Assembly: GCF_006345805.1 (NCBI RefSeq)
Contig: NC_043015.1
Location: forward strand, 19,344,001-19,408,000
From: Octopus sinensis
Lineage: Eukaryota
DNA: 64,000 nucleotides
Direction: 5' to 3'
Shown here piece after piece: positions 62,067-64,000 of the stretch. The notes below the pieces were generated by a model. The model saw only the letters and a list, made by a program, of their open reading frames with translations, did not search any database and had not been told where the DNA came from. A program made the position numbers and the translations under genes. The first letter of the stretch is position 1; the number at the start of each line of letters is the position of its first letter.

Positions 62067-64000
62067 GGGGAGACCGGGGTTAGTTGACTACATTTTTTAC
62101 ATTTTCACTGACAGAGCAATGTATTCTACTGCATCTTGTATTACACGCATAAATCAACCATAGCAGAAGACTTACAAAGCTAGAGATCTCATCTGCTTAT
62201 TGTCTGGATTTATATTTTGTGCATTTTCTAAGACCACTTAAATGTGTCAACTTGCCCTGATACTGGGGCAAGTTGACACATAATGGGGTATGTTGACACA
62301 TGAATGCATTTTCTTGGAACATACATGTTAGTGGACAGAAACACATGATATAAGCTTGTTGGTTTGATCAAGGGCCTTTATTACGGTTTCATTACAAATC
62401 ATCATCAGAGTCACAATTTGGGCATGTGAATATTGTCAGACCTAGTGTGCATGCCTCGTGAGCCCAACCTTTACAATCAGAGCATTGAAATCACACTTCA
62501 CTTCCTTTGCTGTTGGAAAAAGGCTTGCTGCACACTAAGCAATAGCACTCTTCCTCATCAGAGGCATCACTTTCTTGAAGTTGAACTTTTTTCTTAACAG
62601 TTGGACCTTTTCCCTTCATTGACCTGCCCTTACTGAGTCCCTTTCCTATCGTTCCTTTATCAATGTTTGCCTTCTTTTTACTTTTACTTTTTGTCTTTTC
62701 TTCTATGATTGCTCTTTTAACCGGCGAGTCAGTGAGGATTTCAGAACAACGTTTCTTTCTTCCTCTGGTTGATTCTTTCCTAGGGCCTGCTTTGGGCAGT
62801 GGATGGATTTGAAATGGTGAAAGAAAAGACCTGGCAGCTATGTTGCTTGAAGGCCCAGGTGTTGTAGGTGCTGAAGGCCCAGGTGCTGAAAGTGCAGGAT
62901 CCGGTCGGTCAGTGACATAGCTTGGTGTAAAGTTGCTGTCTCTGAAAATGTTGCGATTAAAAGGGCATATTCCTGTAGAAGAAAAGCCACTAAGAATGTT
63001 CGTTGGAGTTGCAGTTAGTGGCCATGCAGTTTTGACAATTCACAGAACGTCATAAATGGTCATGGTCTGGCCAGGATGGTTGATATGCCAGTCATCAATG
63101 GCAGTGTTTGTGTACTTCTTCAGAGGTCCATAGACCGCTTTGTCCAACGGCTGTAACCTATGTGTGCAGTGAGGTAGGAAAGAGAGCATAGTGATGCCAT
63201 TTTCTGATGCATAAGTTGAAACTAGTTGCTCGTGCCAAGCTTGTTGCCTGTGGACTTCTTATGGATAAATTCTTGTCGTTGAAAACCAGTCTTCGCCTGC
63301 TATTTCTGTCTCATGCCAGGTTGGAGGGATATTACATCCATGTGCCTTTGCCATCTGAAAAGCCAATTTCCGCACATCCTTTGGAGCAAGCCCATAGTAA
63401 ATTTCTGCGGCAGCCAAAACATAAGCCTCTAACTGATTCTCAAACTCGTCGGTGAGAACTTGCTGTGGCTTTTTGTATCCACTAAGACTGTGATCATTGT
63501 TGTTTGCTTCAGCGGCCTTAGTGCAGTAGCGAGACAGAGATTTTAAAGGGATGCCAAATGTCCTCGAAGCTTCCCGCAAGGAGATGACACGAGCTCGGAT
63601 CTGTTGAATAGCCTGTTGGATTACATCCTGTGGAAGGGTTGCCCTCTCGCTTTCGCGGTTATAGTGTCGCACCATGACAATTGTTGATCTAGTTCTGTAA
63701 AGAGAGAGAGAGATGAAGAAAAAAATGCAATTTAGCTCATTGCATAATCCAACTGTGGAAGCAAAACGAAGCTCTGAGTGTTTACCTACTTTTTAGTTTC
63801 AAGCATGCCTGGTCATGGCATAACTTTATGCTTATATATCAGTGGTACAGGTTACAAAGCTGAGGCAGTATACAAGCTGCTGACTAAGTAGGTAGCAGTA
63901 TGAAGTTAGAATAAGTTGGTATAAATAAAGATAGCTGATCTAAAACTATAGCAAACAATACATAAATTACTCAATGAATTGATCCACTGTACCAGACATG
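62067..64000 (-). mobile_element. Internally deleted pogo-type (Tc1/mariner superfamily) transposon with psq/CENP-B HTH and C-terminal PHD finger
   Basis: TA then terminal GGGGAGACCGGGGTTAGTTG with subterminal GGGGxAxGTTGACACA repeats. ORF 63259-63675 (SLREASRTFGIP...AGEDWF), then FLPHCTHRLQPLD and CYCLVC...CSDCKGWAHEAC. Most of the DDE domain is deleted and the other end was not seen. Confidence 0.88.

Noticed and set aside
1-64000. CRISPR array or prokaryotic defence system
   Set aside because: No regularly spaced short repeats with unique spacers and no operon-like ORFs. The tandem repeats present are satellites or transposon duplications.

Overview
AT-rich, repeat-dense animal genomic DNA, most likely from an octopus (recognised from memory by its SINE and RTE tail sequences). 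No prokaryotic features, CRISPR arrays, rRNA or intact tRNA genes were seen. One host gene can be assembled by hand on the + strand from five GT-AG exons joined by phase-1 introns (8898-9149, 17961-18182, 36818-37039, 45964-46032, 61769-61956), none of which the ORF track joins. The spliced frame is open for about 317 aa. It encodes a 4-Cys CUB domain, a Trp/Gly/Ser-rich linker, a 10-Cys Ly6/uPAR (three-finger, quiver/sleepless-type) domain ending CFCEENRCN, and a GPI-anchor-like tail. The signal-peptide exon was not found. The introns are filled with degenerate transposons: Gypsy LTR elements, RTE and CR1 LINEs, tRNA-derived SINEs, mariner, hAT and pogo remnants, non-autonomous Helitrons, nested 8-bp-TSD MITEs and many Penelope-like element (PLE) fragments. 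The two main leads are (1) the CUB-Ly6-GPI architecture and (2) about nine minimal hammerhead-ribozyme motifs with unusual cores (a G3:C8 swap, U6, a tRNA-linked copy), where copies on the host-gene sense strand look more damaged than their antisense partners. All alignments and folds were done by eye.
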